Of a stretch of 64,000 bases of DNA, positions 53,041 through 64,000 are shown one piece after another. The DNA lies in NCBI GenBank assembly GCA_000004985.1, contig GG738876.1. The stretch is one strand, 5' to 3'. The position numbers and the translations under genes were made by a program. Position 1 is the first letter of the stretch. Each line of letters begins with the position of its first letter. Below the pieces are notes generated by a model, which worked only from the letters and a program-made list of their open reading frames with translations, made no database searches and had not been told where the DNA came from. Source of the DNA: Naegleria gruberi. Lineage: Eukaryota.

Positions 53041-53315
53041 TCCTCAATCCACTCATCCCATTCAAATTTCCTCAATAAATCCTCTCCTAATCTTTAGTTC
53101 ACCTTCAACAATGAAAACGCCATTCTTCAACAAGGCAAAAACTTTTCATTGTAAAATCTGTCGCCCCTCCTTCAACAATTTTTTGGTTGGTTCCAATTTT
53201 TTCCAACCGCTCTTGTTCCCGTAATCATCAGGGTGAATAATTGGTGAAAAATTAAAAAATACCTCAACAATATTTAACAAACTCTTTCCCGAATATATAA
53301 TAATACCTAATTACA

Positions 53316-54926
53316 ATGGCCAACAAGACTAAACGTCCACAACAACAAGATGAATGGGAAGATGAATCTACCCTCAAGAAGGTTCCAGTTACCTTGTTGA
53401 GTGGTTTCTTGGGAGCAGGTAAGTAATTTCACATTGTCATCTTTGTATTCGATATTGATGATGTTTCTTGTGATTGTGAAATGGAAATTGGATAGGTAAG
53501 ACAACACTGCTGAGACACATCCTAAAGAATAGAAATAACCTCAGAGTTGCTGTAATTGTCAATGATATGGCTGCATGTAAGTAATTTCCCCTCCATTCAA
53601 TTTTTCACACCAACATCATGGTCAATTGCTGCAAATTTTAACACAACATGTTGAAATTCAATTCAATCACCACCAACAGTGAATATTGATGAAGCTCTTG
53701 TCGAAAAATCAGGAGTCAAACTCAAACAATCAGAAGAGAAACTTGTCTCGATGAAAAATGGTTGCATTTGCTGCACTCTTCGTGAAGATTTACTCGTAGA
53801 ATTATATGAATTGGCACAAGAAGGAAAGTTCGATTATTGTGTGATTGAATCGACGGGAATTGGTGAGCCAATGCAAGTGGCAGAAACTTTCACATTCGAT
53901 GTTGGTATTCAAATTGAACAAGACGAAAAGAGTGGAAAGAGAAAGAAGAAGAACAAGAAGGAAAAGAAGACTTTCATCTTGTCAGATTTTGCACAATTGG
54001 ATACTTGTGTGACAGTGGTAGATTGCAACAGTTTCTTCCAAGATTTGAAATCAGTCGAAACATTGGCCGAAAGATACAACAAGCAAAATGATGAAGAATA
54101 TGAAAGAAATTTGGCAAACTTGCTGATTGACCAAATTGAATTTGCCAACGTCATCCTCTTAAATAAGACAGATCTCGTCACTCCGGACGAATTGACCAAG
54201 ATTAAGGGTGTCATTTCCAAACTAAACCCAGACGCAACCGTACACGAAACCCAAAACTCTACCGTTCCATTGGAGAAGATTTTAAACACTGGACTATTTG
54301 ACTTTGAAAAGGCAGCATGCAATCCAGGTTGGCTTAAAGAAATTCGTGGCTCTCACAATCCTGAAACTTTAGAATATGGCATCTCCAGTTTCGTCTATAG
54401 ACGTAGAAAGCCATTCAACACCAAACTCTTATTCGATTTCTTCTATTCTGAAAAGTACATGCAACAAAACGTGCTCAGATCGAAAGGTTACTGTTGGCTT
54501 AATACAAGAAATGATTACTGCGGAGATTGGGAACAAGCAGGAAACCAAATTACCATCCACGATGGAGGACTTTTCTTTGCAGCACTCGGTGAAGAACAAG
54601 GAAAATCAATGTACGGAGAGGAAGTCTTTGAAAGGGTCAAGAAGGAGGATTTTAAGGACGGAGTTGGGGATCGTCGTCAGGAGTTGGTGATTATTGGACA
54701 GAATTTGAATGAGGAGGAAATAACTAAGAGATTGGATGCCTTATTGATTAGTGATGAAGATTTTGCTAAGGGAGTTGAGTATTATTCAACTCAATTGTGT
54801 GGTGATGAGGGATTATTTGCTCCGTTCAATAGTTTTGAACAAAATGAAGAGATGGAATGGGAAACTGATGAAGAGGAAGAAGAAAAGGTTGTACCAGAAA
54901 AAAAGAAGAATCAAAAGAAGAAATAA
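53316..54926 (+). CDS. CobW/COBW-domain GTPase (metallochaperone family). Three exons: join(53316..53418,53496..53576,53680..54926).
   Basis: Splicing reconstitutes the P-loop GFLGAGKTTLL across intron 1 (GTAAGT..ATAG). The GCICCT motif and the CobW C-terminal domain are present, with an acidic tail. Confidence 0.8.
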
Positions 54927-54970
54927 ATATTTTGTAAATAATTAAATAATTTAAATATTTATTAAAAAAA

Positions 54971-56182
54971 ATGAATGAAAGCGAAAAGAAGAGAAAATTT
55001 GATGAATTTAATGAAGCGAATAATTGTATTGAATCGTCATCAGCATCAGCACCATTAATTGGTTTATCTTCGGAAGAGTTTCATCTCCAAGTAGTAGAGG
55101 AAAATAATTTAAAAACTTCATCATCGGAAGAAGAAACAACGAAGAAGGCTTTGCCATCATTAGTAGATACATCCTCTCCATCATCAAAATTATTTACCAT
55201 TCTCTATCAGGATAAAGACGTAGTCATCATTGATAAGCCTCCAAATTTAAGGCTCTACGCAAGTGAACATTATTCAATGGAAACGGTAGAAAAACTTGCA
55301 AAGGAACAATTTGCTTCCATGTTGATGGATAAGGACCCACAGAATTCTTGTTCTTCTTCTGGTAAAATTGAGGATGATAATTCTTGTAAAGGAAGTAATA
55401 AGAAAAGGAAAATTCAATCACGTACTGGTAGTAGTGATGAGAGGAAAATTAGATTTCCTCACCGATTGGATATGGCCACTTCTGGAGTGTTGTGTTTGAG
55501 CATGACAAGGGAGAGCTGTGCTTGTTTGAGTACAAGTTTTGAAGACAAGACGAGTAGGAAGTTTTATTTGGCCTTGTTGAGTGGAGATGTGAATTTGGAA
55601 GAGTTGAAAATGAATGAAAAATTGAGGAATAATGTCAAGGTCGTGAATGAAAATGATTGCTCGAAAATTATCATAACATCATTCATTGGAAGAGATGATG
55701 GAGGAAATAATGAAAATGAAGAGTATGATCCAACTGGAAGAGGATTTGTCATGAAACAAACATTGGAAAAACCTATTGAAGATTTGAGTAAATACAAGAC
55801 TAAGCAGGAGAGACAGCAACATCAATTTAGAGAAGGGACGTCAGAGATGATCATTCTCAGTTATGGACAAGTGGAAAATAAGCCAGTTACAAAGGTGCTG
55901 CTGAGGCCACTCTCTGGTAGAAAACATCAATTGAGATTGCATTCACTCCTCTTAGGACATGCCATTATTGGAGATGAAATGTATGGAGAAAATGATGGAT
56001 TTTCAAGATTAATGTTACATGCCTATTCGTTGCAAATTCCAATTGATAAGGAATATCTTTCAGGAGAGAAGAGTAAACGAAGTATCAATGTGAGAACACA
56101 AGATCCATTTGACAAGATTTATGTGGAAAAGCAAGTATTGGTAGATGAATCTAAATTGGTAGAAATTTTGGGAACTAGATAG
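54971..56182 (+). CDS. RluA-family pseudouridine synthase.
   Basis: Catalytic motif [11 protein letters not shown] and a conserved C-terminal RluA block ([17 protein letters not shown]). Confidence 0.8.
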   Translation: MNESEKKRKFDEFNEANNCIESSSASAPLIGLSSEEFHLQVVEENNLKTSSSEEETTKKALPSLVDTSSPSSKLFTILYQDKDVVIIDKPPNLRLYASEHYSMETVEKLAKEQFASMLMDKDPQNSCSSSGKIEDDNSCKGSNKKRKIQSRTGSSDERKIRFPHRLDMATSGVLCLSMTRESCACLSTSFEDKTSRKFYLALLSGDVNLEELKMNEKLRNNVKVVNENDCSKIIITSFIGRDDGGNNENEEYDPTGRGFVMKQTLEKPIEDLSKYKTKQERQQHQFREGTSEMIILSYGQVENKPVTKVLLRPLSGRKHQLRLHSLLLGHAIIGDEMYGENDGFSRLMLHAYSLQIPIDKEYLSGEKSKRSINVRTQDPFDKIYVEKQVLVDESKLVEILGTR

Positions 56183-56232
56183 TTATTAATTCTAGATAGT
56201 TATTCAAACTTGTTCTTGTTATGAAAATTTTA

Positions 56233-59200
56233 TTAACAAATGATGGATAGGCATGCCATTATCAAAAGCGCAACCAAAACCAGAGAAACATGTGCAATAG
56301 GAGAGGCATGTGAAAGAGATTGAGACGGATTGATAATATTACTAACTTCTAGTTCAATATTTTCACCAGTAACAACCAGAGCATAACTCTGTGGTCTGAA
56401 AATGTAACTTGCCGACACCTTAATGATAATTCCAACACTGCTTTCATCAATCCAAACTTGTTCAACATTATTTCTAAAATCACGTTCTCCTGCTGTTGAT
56501 CCAACACCACTATTCTTTTCCTTGAGTTGTGAATTTCCGTAATATTGTTGAGTTCCAACTTGTACCAATAAATCCAAATCATTGACAAGTTGGCTAGAGG
56601 AAGAAGGACTTCCTGGATAATCTGCCCACACCAATGTTATTTTCACATTTGAAATCTTATTCTTCTCATTCAAAGCTTTCAAATAATAATAGTGATAGGT
56701 TTTCACACTATCAATAACTGGATCTCCAAATTCGGTGGTAACATTTGTGCTTCCAACTTGAGTATTGAATCGATTATCTGTATTATGAATGTGTTTCACT
56801 CTTCCAATTTGAAGAATTCTCTTACTTTCCTCAAATGCAAGCACTTTATCCAATTGAACTCTTCCAAATCCTTGATAGAAGCATCCAATTTCAGTACGTG
56901 GCAAAATTTTGAAAGAGGTCAGATAGTCATTACTCACTGTCTGTAAATCAGTTCCAGAATTAATGACTGAGGCCTTCAATAAGGCAGATGATGGAATAAA
57001 ACCATCCTGTGCTTGTTTCTTCTTACTTGGATAATAGCCCTCTCTGTAATATTGACGAACGATAGCAACAAGACCAGCTGTTGTTGGTGTGGCCATACTG
57101 TTGTTTTGTACAATTGATTGATAAATTAATTGATAGATTAAATACTATTTTCAAAATATTAAACTAACCTTGTTCCACGAGTTGCTCTGATGGCATCAAC
57201 TGGCGATTTGTAAGTATCTGAACAAGTCAATCGAGGTGAATATTTTGTACTGCTGTATGATCTGGCACTCAAAACGTCAGCTCCAGGAGCATTCACGTCA
57301 GGTTTAATTCTCAAATCTGGTGTTGGTCCTCTACTGGAAAATGTTGCCATCGAATCAATTTGTAGACCTTTTGTATTGAGTGAATCAAAGACACACTTTC
57401 CACAAAACCTGTCTCCACTAGCACCAGCAGCACATCCACAATTTCCAGTTGCATAACTAATATTCGATCTGGCACAGAAACCATCCGTTGAACAAACATT
57501 GAAATCAGTCATGAAGAATGCACACTCCTCCACGGCAACACTACAATTGAGAGATGCCAAAATTTCCTTCCTAATATCATCCAAAGCAGGTGGTTGTTTG
57601 AACATTAATTCGTGTTCTCTTCTGGCCTGGAATGAATTATGACTTGCTCCAACTGCCAATCCATTCTTTGTTTGAGCTTGAGCTCCAATTGACTTGAATC
57701 CATCATTTCCTGAATTTCCAGCTGAGAAGAGAACTATCAAATCCTTGTGTTGCCAAATATATCGATCAGTGTACATGGCATAGAGATTGTAAGAAGTTCC
57801 TCCTCCCCAACTATTGGTCTGAATTCTACTATTCATCATTTCATATGTGAATATGTGAACACTCTTGTGTGGCTCCAATGGTTGATAGGTGGCACCTCTC
57901 CTCTGTGGACAAGTTGAGTTGGCATAACTCTTACAGGCACATCCTGGAATGGAATCACATGTGCATCCACCTGGTTTGGCACATCCCAATTGAACGAGTG
58001 CCAACTTGGCCTCTGAGGCAATTCCACGATAATCGTACAGTTCTGGAATTGAGGAATATCCAGCAACAGTTGCAGCAACATGAGTTCCATGATCATAATC
58101 ATTCGAATTGAGATCGATTAAACCAAAATGCATTTTGACTTTTCGATGATTGGACGAAAGATTAATATTTGACTCATTCAGAGTTCTAATTTGCTCAACC
58201 TTCTCATTAGGATCATAAAAGAAACAAGATAATGTGTCAAACGTTCCATCCACAACAGTAATCACTTCATCTTTCCCAGTTAATCCATTAAAATATGATT
58301 TCCCCTGTTCTGGAACTGCATCCGATCCATAATTAATAATTCTCTTTGAATACTTGTTCATTTCATAATTGGCATGCATTGGTTCAATCCAAATAACTGA
58401 AGATAACTTTCCAATTTCATAAGCAATAGCAAGAGCATGGTCTTTCCTCACAGTTATGGCAATACTCTCAGAATGTTCGACTAATTTGGAAATTATCAAT
58501 TGACCATTGTTAATGGATTGAGTGAAATGTCTCAATTGTTCACTCACTGTTTCAATTTCTTGATTCATTTCAAGGAGAATGGTCATGGAAATGAATTGTA
58601 TTGGAGTTTCTTGTTGGGATTTTGTAGATTCTGAACTTTCTTGGGATTGAGTTTCTAATAATTCTTGATCTTGAAATTCGCCAATGTGAAACTTGAAAAT
58701 TGGATCAATTTGACCTATCCATTCGATATTGTCATTAGAAAGTAAATCTTTAACATTCTCCAAGCTAGCTCTCATGGAAAATGTGTTCATTGCCAAATGC
58801 GAAACCTTTCCGCTTTCCAATAAACTTTCGTCCATTGAATTTCTCAGCAGAATTGGTTTCTCAACGTTTCTACATTTAAAAAGAATGTGGAAATTATAAT
58901 CACCCAAACTGGAATGATCCACATTCCTTTCCTTGTTATTGTGAATGAACGGATTCGAATAGTGTAAATAATTTCTTCTAATTTCGTTGATATTTCTAAT
59001 ATTTTGCAAAGATGATAGAGTAAACATATTCTTTTGGTAAATATCATCCAAAGCCTTCATTCCCAATCTTTTCAAATTTTCTTCTCCTCTCAAAATCCCT
59101 CCATTCATACGAAAGGTTTCGTCTAATGATTTTGTCAAGTAATTACTTTCGTCTAACTGCAACTGTAAACCATCAACATTCGATGCTGCAAGTGTTACAC

Positions 59201-59267
59201 TCCACAACATGCACTGGAAGAATAGAATACACAAGAGACCAAATAATTCGAAAGGTTTGGAGGACAT
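56233..59267 (-). CDS. Subtilisin-like serine protease (S8) with signal peptide and C-terminal TM anchor. Two exons, complement(join(56233..57097,57169..59267)).
   Basis: His motif HGTHVAA and Asn region SAGNSG. The catalytic Ser motif GTSMATP is reconstituted across a 71-nt GTTAGT..ACAG intron, where the Ser codon is split AG|T. Confidence 0.8.
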
Positions 59268-59496
59268 TTTTTTTAACTTCCGAAATGATGTTCTCCTTTG
59301 AATTGTTTCATTGATTTTTAGGAGATATTTGTTTGATTTAGTTGGGATAAAAGGATGTTTATTGGTCGATTTAGTAATTGAATGGTTTATTGTATGTTGA
59401 AATTATTAGAAATGAAGAAGTTATTGACATGGGGTAAAATAGAGAACTTGTTGAATGTTTGTTTTTGTTTAACATTTTATATTCATAAAATGTGAA

Positions 59497-59567
59497 TCGG
59501 GTGTGGTATAGTGGTAGCATTCCAGACTGTCACTCTGGCGACCCGGGTTCAATTCCCGGCACTCGAG
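59497..59567 (+). tRNA. tRNA-Asp(GUC): tRNA-Asp (anticodon GUC).
   Basis: Cloverleaf: acceptor TCGGGTG/CACTCGA, anticodon stem CCAGA/TCTGG with loop CTGTCAC (U33 G34 U35 C36 A37), T arm CCGGG-TTCAATT-CCCGG, D-loop AGTGGTA. Closely resembles eukaryotic tRNA-Asp-GTC. Confidence 0.9.
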
Positions 59568-59573
59568 ATCAAA

Positions 59574-59578
59574 TTTTT
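59574..59578 (+). terminator. Pol III oligo-T terminator for tRNA-Asp.
   Basis: TTTTT lies 7 nt after the discriminator base. Confidence 0.5.
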
Positions 59579-59764
59579 ACTTCATCACTGTATTTTACTT
59601 TTCAATATTGTCATAATATCAAGAAAAGCATCTAATCTACCTAATTCTGAAATTTCATATGATCATCTCTTAAAACCATATAGAAAATAACCTCGTACTA
59701 AACTGACCTATTTTATTCAAAAATATCTTCTCTAATTGAACTTTGAATTTTCATTTTAAAAAAA

Positions 59765-60721
59765 ATGATTAAACCCAATACCACATCGTCCCTCGATCAT
59801 GAAAATAATCACAACTCCACTAGAAGTGTCATACAACAAGATGATTCGGAATCTAAACCAATCCAACTCTCAGAAAATCTGCATTTCAATTATTTGTACC
59901 TATCGGACGATGTAATTGGTGAAATTCTATCTTTTCATGATGATTTTCAATTTGTAGTAATGAATTGTGCATTGGTTTCAAAACAGTGGTTGAAAGTCAT
60001 TTCGGAACGATCAAAACTTTCATTGGAATGGAATAACTTGAAGAAATTGAAGGGAAGATTTTTACAGAATATCACAACTTTCACAGTGAGGGCTATTGAA
60101 GGAATTGGATTGATTAGTGACATACTGAAACAATTGAAATTTCTGGATATTTCTACTAATGCTATTGGATATAAAGGAGCTAGATATATTGGCCAATTGG
60201 AACAATTAAATCATCTTGAAATTAGAAATTGTAATATTGGAGTGGAGGGAGATAAATATATTCGTCAATTGCAACATTTGACTCATCTTGATATTGGATG
60301 CAATAACATTGGTGATGAAGGAGTCAAATATATTAGTCAATTGAAACCATTAACTAATCTAAATGTTTATTTAAATAATATTGGTGTTGAAGGAGCGAAA
60401 TATATTAGTGAGCTTAAACAATTAACTCATCTTGATATTGGGTGCAATGACATTGGTGGTGAAGGTGCCAAATATATTGGTACACTTGAAAATGTAACTC
60501 ATCTCAGTATGTCAGATAATAATATTGGTTGTGAAGGTGCAAAATATATTAGTGGAATGAAACATCTAAGTTTTCTCGATATTGCTACCAATCGTATTAG
60601 AGATGAGGGAGCGAAATATATTGGTGAAATGGAACAATTATCATTTCTGTTTATGAGATACAATATTATTAGTGATGAAGGAGCAAAATATTTAAGCGAA
60701 AGAGGATTCAATAATTGTTGA
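59765..60721 (+). CDS. F-box-like plus RNI-type leucine-rich-repeat protein, paralog of 21543..22415.
   Basis: N-terminal motif DDVIGEILSFHDD..VSKQWLKVI. About nine tandem 24-aa repeats of the form L.HLDIG.NNIGDEGAKYI. Confidence 0.75.
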   Translation: MIKPNTTSSLDHENNHNSTRSVIQQDDSESKPIQLSENLHFNYLYLSDDVIGEILSFHDDFQFVVMNCALVSKQWLKVISERSKLSLEWNNLKKLKGRFLQNITTFTVRAIEGIGLISDILKQLKFLDISTNAIGYKGARYIGQLEQLNHLEIRNCNIGVEGDKYIRQLQHLTHLDIGCNNIGDEGVKYISQLKPLTNLNVYLNNIGVEGAKYISELKQLTHLDIGCNDIGGEGAKYIGTLENVTHLSMSDNNIGCEGAKYISGMKHLSFLDIATNRIRDEGAKYIGEMEQLSFLFMRYNIISDEGAKYLSERGFNNC

Positions 60722-60800
60722 TCTAGAGAAATGCAACACACTCTAGTTTCCAAAAATGTGTGTTTAATGTATATGTTCAAATGATATATTTCAAAAAATA

Positions 60801-61871
60801 TCATTCTCCAATAAATTTAAGACCAATATCAGATCTAATCTTATCCATAATTTTCAATGTGTTAATTGTTACATTAGACGAAACTATTTCACTCTCGAGT
60901 TTACTTTCTAATAAACAATCAATGACATGTTCAATTTCGTATGCAAGTCCTTCAGAATTAGGGAAATTAAATTGTGAAAATTCAGTTTTTCCATAAAGTG
61001 GCTCTTCTAATTCAATAGTTTCGTGACCTTTCGAATAATTTGTCCAAGTCAACTTGGTAGGACAACAATGCATACCACCTAAATGAATTTTACCTAAACT
61101 TCCATGAATAGTTGCACTACTATCCAAGAATGCATTAATACTTGTCGAAACCTTTCCAATTCTATTTCCAGAAAATTTAAATTGACATTCCACACTTTCG
61201 TCCACATTATTAACAAATGTTCCAATCGATTGAATAGTTTCTGGTGAGAAATCATTCATCACCATACAAACGAAAGAAATAGGATAAATTCCACAAGCCA
61301 ACAATGCACCTCCTCCCAATGAATTTTCAATTAATCCACTATTCGAAACATGATTATTCTTAAAACCCAATTGAGCATGAATCAAATGAACCTGTCCAAT
61401 CTCTCCACTTTCGATCAATTGTTTAGCCTTCTTGAAAAGTGGAAAGAATGGCATCCAATTAGCTTCCATCAAGAATAATTTTCTTTCTCTTGCCATTTCG
61501 AATAATTCACTAGCTTGTTTTTCATTCAAGGTAAAAGTCTTTTCGCATAGAACTGACTTTCCACTTTCCAAACACAATTTAACATTTGAATAATGTTCGG
61601 AATTTGGTGTTGCAACATAGACAATGTCAATATTCGAATCTTGCAACATTTTTTCATACGAATCGAAACTCTTTCCAATATCGTGTTCCTTTGCAAATTG
61701 ATCAGATTTTGATGAATTTCTCGATGCTACTCCATAAATTCTACACTCCCGAATGGTTTCGTATTTTGTTGACTTATTTTCATGATGAAATTTATGCATG
61801 GATTGAAAAGCAAGTGAAAAATCATGAGCTATACGCCCTGTTCCCATTATTCCAAACGAAACTCGTCTCAT
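60801..61871 (-). CDS. Gfo/Idh/MocA-family NAD(P)-dependent oxidoreductase, dimeric dihydrodiol dehydrogenase-like.
   Basis: N-terminal Rossmann motif GIMGTGRIA, the EKP-like CEKT motif and the C-terminal alpha/beta domain. Confidence 0.75.
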   Translation of the reverse strand: MRRVSFGIMGTGRIAHDFSLAFQSMHKFHHENKSTKYETIRECRIYGVASRNSSKSDQFAKEHDIGKSFDSYEKMLQDSNIDIVYVATPNSEHYSNVKLCLESGKSVLCEKTFTLNEKQASELFEMARERKLFLMEANWMPFFPLFKKAKQLIESGEIGQVHLIHAQLGFKNNHVSNSGLIENSLGGGALLACGIYPISFVCMVMNDFSPETIQSIGTFVNNVDESVECQFKFSGNRIGKVSTSINAFLDSSATIHGSLGKIHLGGMHCCPTKLTWTNYSKGHETIELEEPLYGKTEFSQFNFPNSEGLAYEIEHVIDCLLESKLESEIVSSNVTINTLKIMDKIRSDIGLKFIGE

Positions 61872-63795
61872 CTCTTTAATTCACTCCACAGAAAATGTGC
61901 AATTCCAAATTGTTCCAATTTTTTTTTTCACTTTTGAAAAATCTTATTGTAAAAAATTTTTAAGAATCCCAATAGTGCGCCCTTCTCCAACCCTTATCAT
62001 CCTGTGATGGAAGTTGTAAATGGATGCAGTTGATATCTTTGAGATGATGGATCAGAAAGAATCTTTCAGAGATATGCATATGAACAATAGACACATCTAT
62101 GTCAATAAGTATAATTGGTGAGAGATGTGCGTTCGATACTTACTGCAGTATCGTTTACCAAATCTTGCAGATTCTTATTCCACCACCACCAAGGGAATAA
62201 TTTCAGTTAGCATGCTTTGCCTCTCGAACAGCTGTAGATTTTTTTCATTGAATAGTTTTTTTATTGAATTTATCCTATTTCTTGGGATCACTTTACAATA
62301 ATATATTATCGAAAGCAAGAAATAATAAAAAGAGAAGTGGTATATGATTCTTACATTTTGAAAACATCCTGCCAATCTTGCTCAGTTATTTCAATTTGTG
62401 TCTTTAAAACTGTCAAACGACATAATTATAAAATGGCTCATTTCCATTTATGTGAAAAGTTTAACAAAAGAAATACCTCAATGATTCGTAAGGAGATTCT
62501 TGATGATTCTTTTTGATATCTAAGATTTGGAATGATCGTTTATCCTGAAGTAACACCTTCAATCAAACTAAACTCCCAAGATTACAATTTTTTTCATTAT
62601 TCACCATTGGTTGACCATTGAAATGATTCTCAATGGGCAGTGCAACAATATTATTGAAAGTTCTAGATGCAATTTTGTAACACATTCGTATTTACTTCTT
62701 TCCAACATCATTAGTGTTCCATACCGAATGTTATGTTCACATACCAAATGGAATTGTTGTACCTCCCAAATCATATTCAATAATCATTGTCATCTTTAAC
62801 ATGTTATTTACATATTGTATATTCTCTCATAAGAATCCATTAGTTTAGTTTATCCTTGGTTGACTTGTTGAGATTCTGTTTCAATAACTGTTCAGAACTT
62901 TAAAGATTTTCAGATAACACTTGCTAAATCATCAAAAGACTTCCTTGTTGTGTGAATTTTCTCACCAAACGTGTGAAAACTATCCATTAAAACCAAATTT
63001 CTTTTATTTAGACCATCACCTGCCAAAAATCAATAACAATCCCATTCAGAAACCACTAACCGTTTTATTATTGAATTTTGACATTTTTTCATAAATGTCT
63101 AGTTTTTATAAAAGTATCCTACCACTTTTTAGTATCACTTCAACCATTTTCATATCGACACTTGAAAGGTTTTCCTACGGAAAAGTGATGGACTTGCAAT
63201 TTATTCTAATACCGAACAGCGCTTTGATCAAAAACCTCAAGAGCAACCTCGATTAACCAAGACTTTCTCCTCTTGCTTTTTGATTATATTTTCACAACAG
63301 TTGGTCGATGCAGAGATTTTGAGCGTTTAAAATGATCTTGGTGTTGAAACTCTGAGGGAACTAACACTTTGAAAAAAACAACTTGATACCCAACCATTCA
63401 ACGGTTTTAATATTTTGTGCCGGCAATAACACACAACACTCAGAAGAAGAAGCGTTATCTTATATATTGAAACATTAATCTGTTGATCATATTATCAATA
63501 GTGATTTTGTGTGCGCTTTTATATTTGATTCATTATCATCAACAAGAAGACTGTTGTTGAAATTTTGCTACCTCATTAATCATTCCTTTTCCCTCTCCCG
63601 TAAATATTTATCTTTAAACGTTTGTGTTCTCTCTCCTTTCAAGAAGAAGCAAAAACCAGAAGAATAATAACAACAACAATACCTTTCCCTATCTCCCATC
63701 AACACGTGTAAACAGCCCTTTCAATATTTCAGCACATAATATTGCTAAATAGACCTCCCTGCTAACATTACTTCCATAATATACTACTCGAAAAC

Positions 63796-64000
63796 AATGT
63801 CCTCATCAATTGCCCTGAATAATTCTAATACCTCTACCACTACTACTACCAATCCTCCTTTTGATATTTCCAAGCTTGTTACTCAAGCAGTTTTGTTACC
63901 TTCCTCCTCATCGTCATCCTTCCATAACAACCTCCCTAAATCATCATCATCATCCCCCTGTGCATTGGATAATAATACCAATGAACAACAACAACAACAA
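63796..64000 (+). CDS. 5' end of a Ser/Thr/Gln-rich low-complexity protein that continues beyond the window.
   Basis: The ATG at 63796 opens a frame that runs to the window end (MSSSIALNNSNTSTTTTTNPPFD...). Confidence 0.35.

Noticed and set aside
1-64000. Prokaryote-style features (operons, RBS, CRISPR, Rho-independent terminators)
   Set aside because: The sequence is clearly eukaryotic, with spliceosomal introns, a Pol III tRNA and low-complexity coding. No CRISPR-like direct repeat arrays are present.

Overview
This is a eukaryotic, not prokaryotic, genomic window. It has short AT-rich introns with GTAAGT...AG boundaries, A-rich start contexts and Asn/Gln/Thr/Ser homopolymer-rich coding regions. 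It also has many F-box-like/RNI-type LRR genes, a nuclear-type tRNA-Asp with an oligo-T terminator, and a 149-nt run of N from a draft assembly. From composition and gene content I infer a social amoeba (Dictyostelid) at about 65% AT, but that is inference only. I call about 38 protein-coding genes on both strands: two Zn-ADH/MDR paralogs, PP2C, a Cys4-LID adenylate kinase, two MFS transporter paralogs, a membrane-anchored purple-acid-phosphatase-like metallophosphatase, two cytochrome P450 paralogs, several F-box/LRR proteins, a giant single-pass receptor-like Ser/Thr kinase with a GPS-like motif, an ABCG half-transporter, a mitochondrial-carrier-like protein, an ankyrin-repeat kinase, a CobW/COBW GTPase, an RluA-family pseudouridine synthase, an S8 subtilase and a Gfo/Idh/MocA oxidoreductase. 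The window also holds one tRNA-Asp(GUC), one serine-carboxypeptidase gene relic, a roughly 310-bp dispersed repeat family in three copies, and a foldback MITE-like element with about 130-bp TIRs. No rRNA, CRISPR or prokaryotic operon structure is present. The most interesting observation is a 47-nt, about 91% identical introner-like intron present twice inside the minus-strand P450 gene, each next to a micro-exon of 3 or 7 nt, at positions where the paralogous P450 has no intron. Second is the dispersed repeat, MITE and inverted-repeat architecture around 40.0-42.6 kb. Third is recent segmental duplication or gene conversion among the MFS/ADH paralogs.
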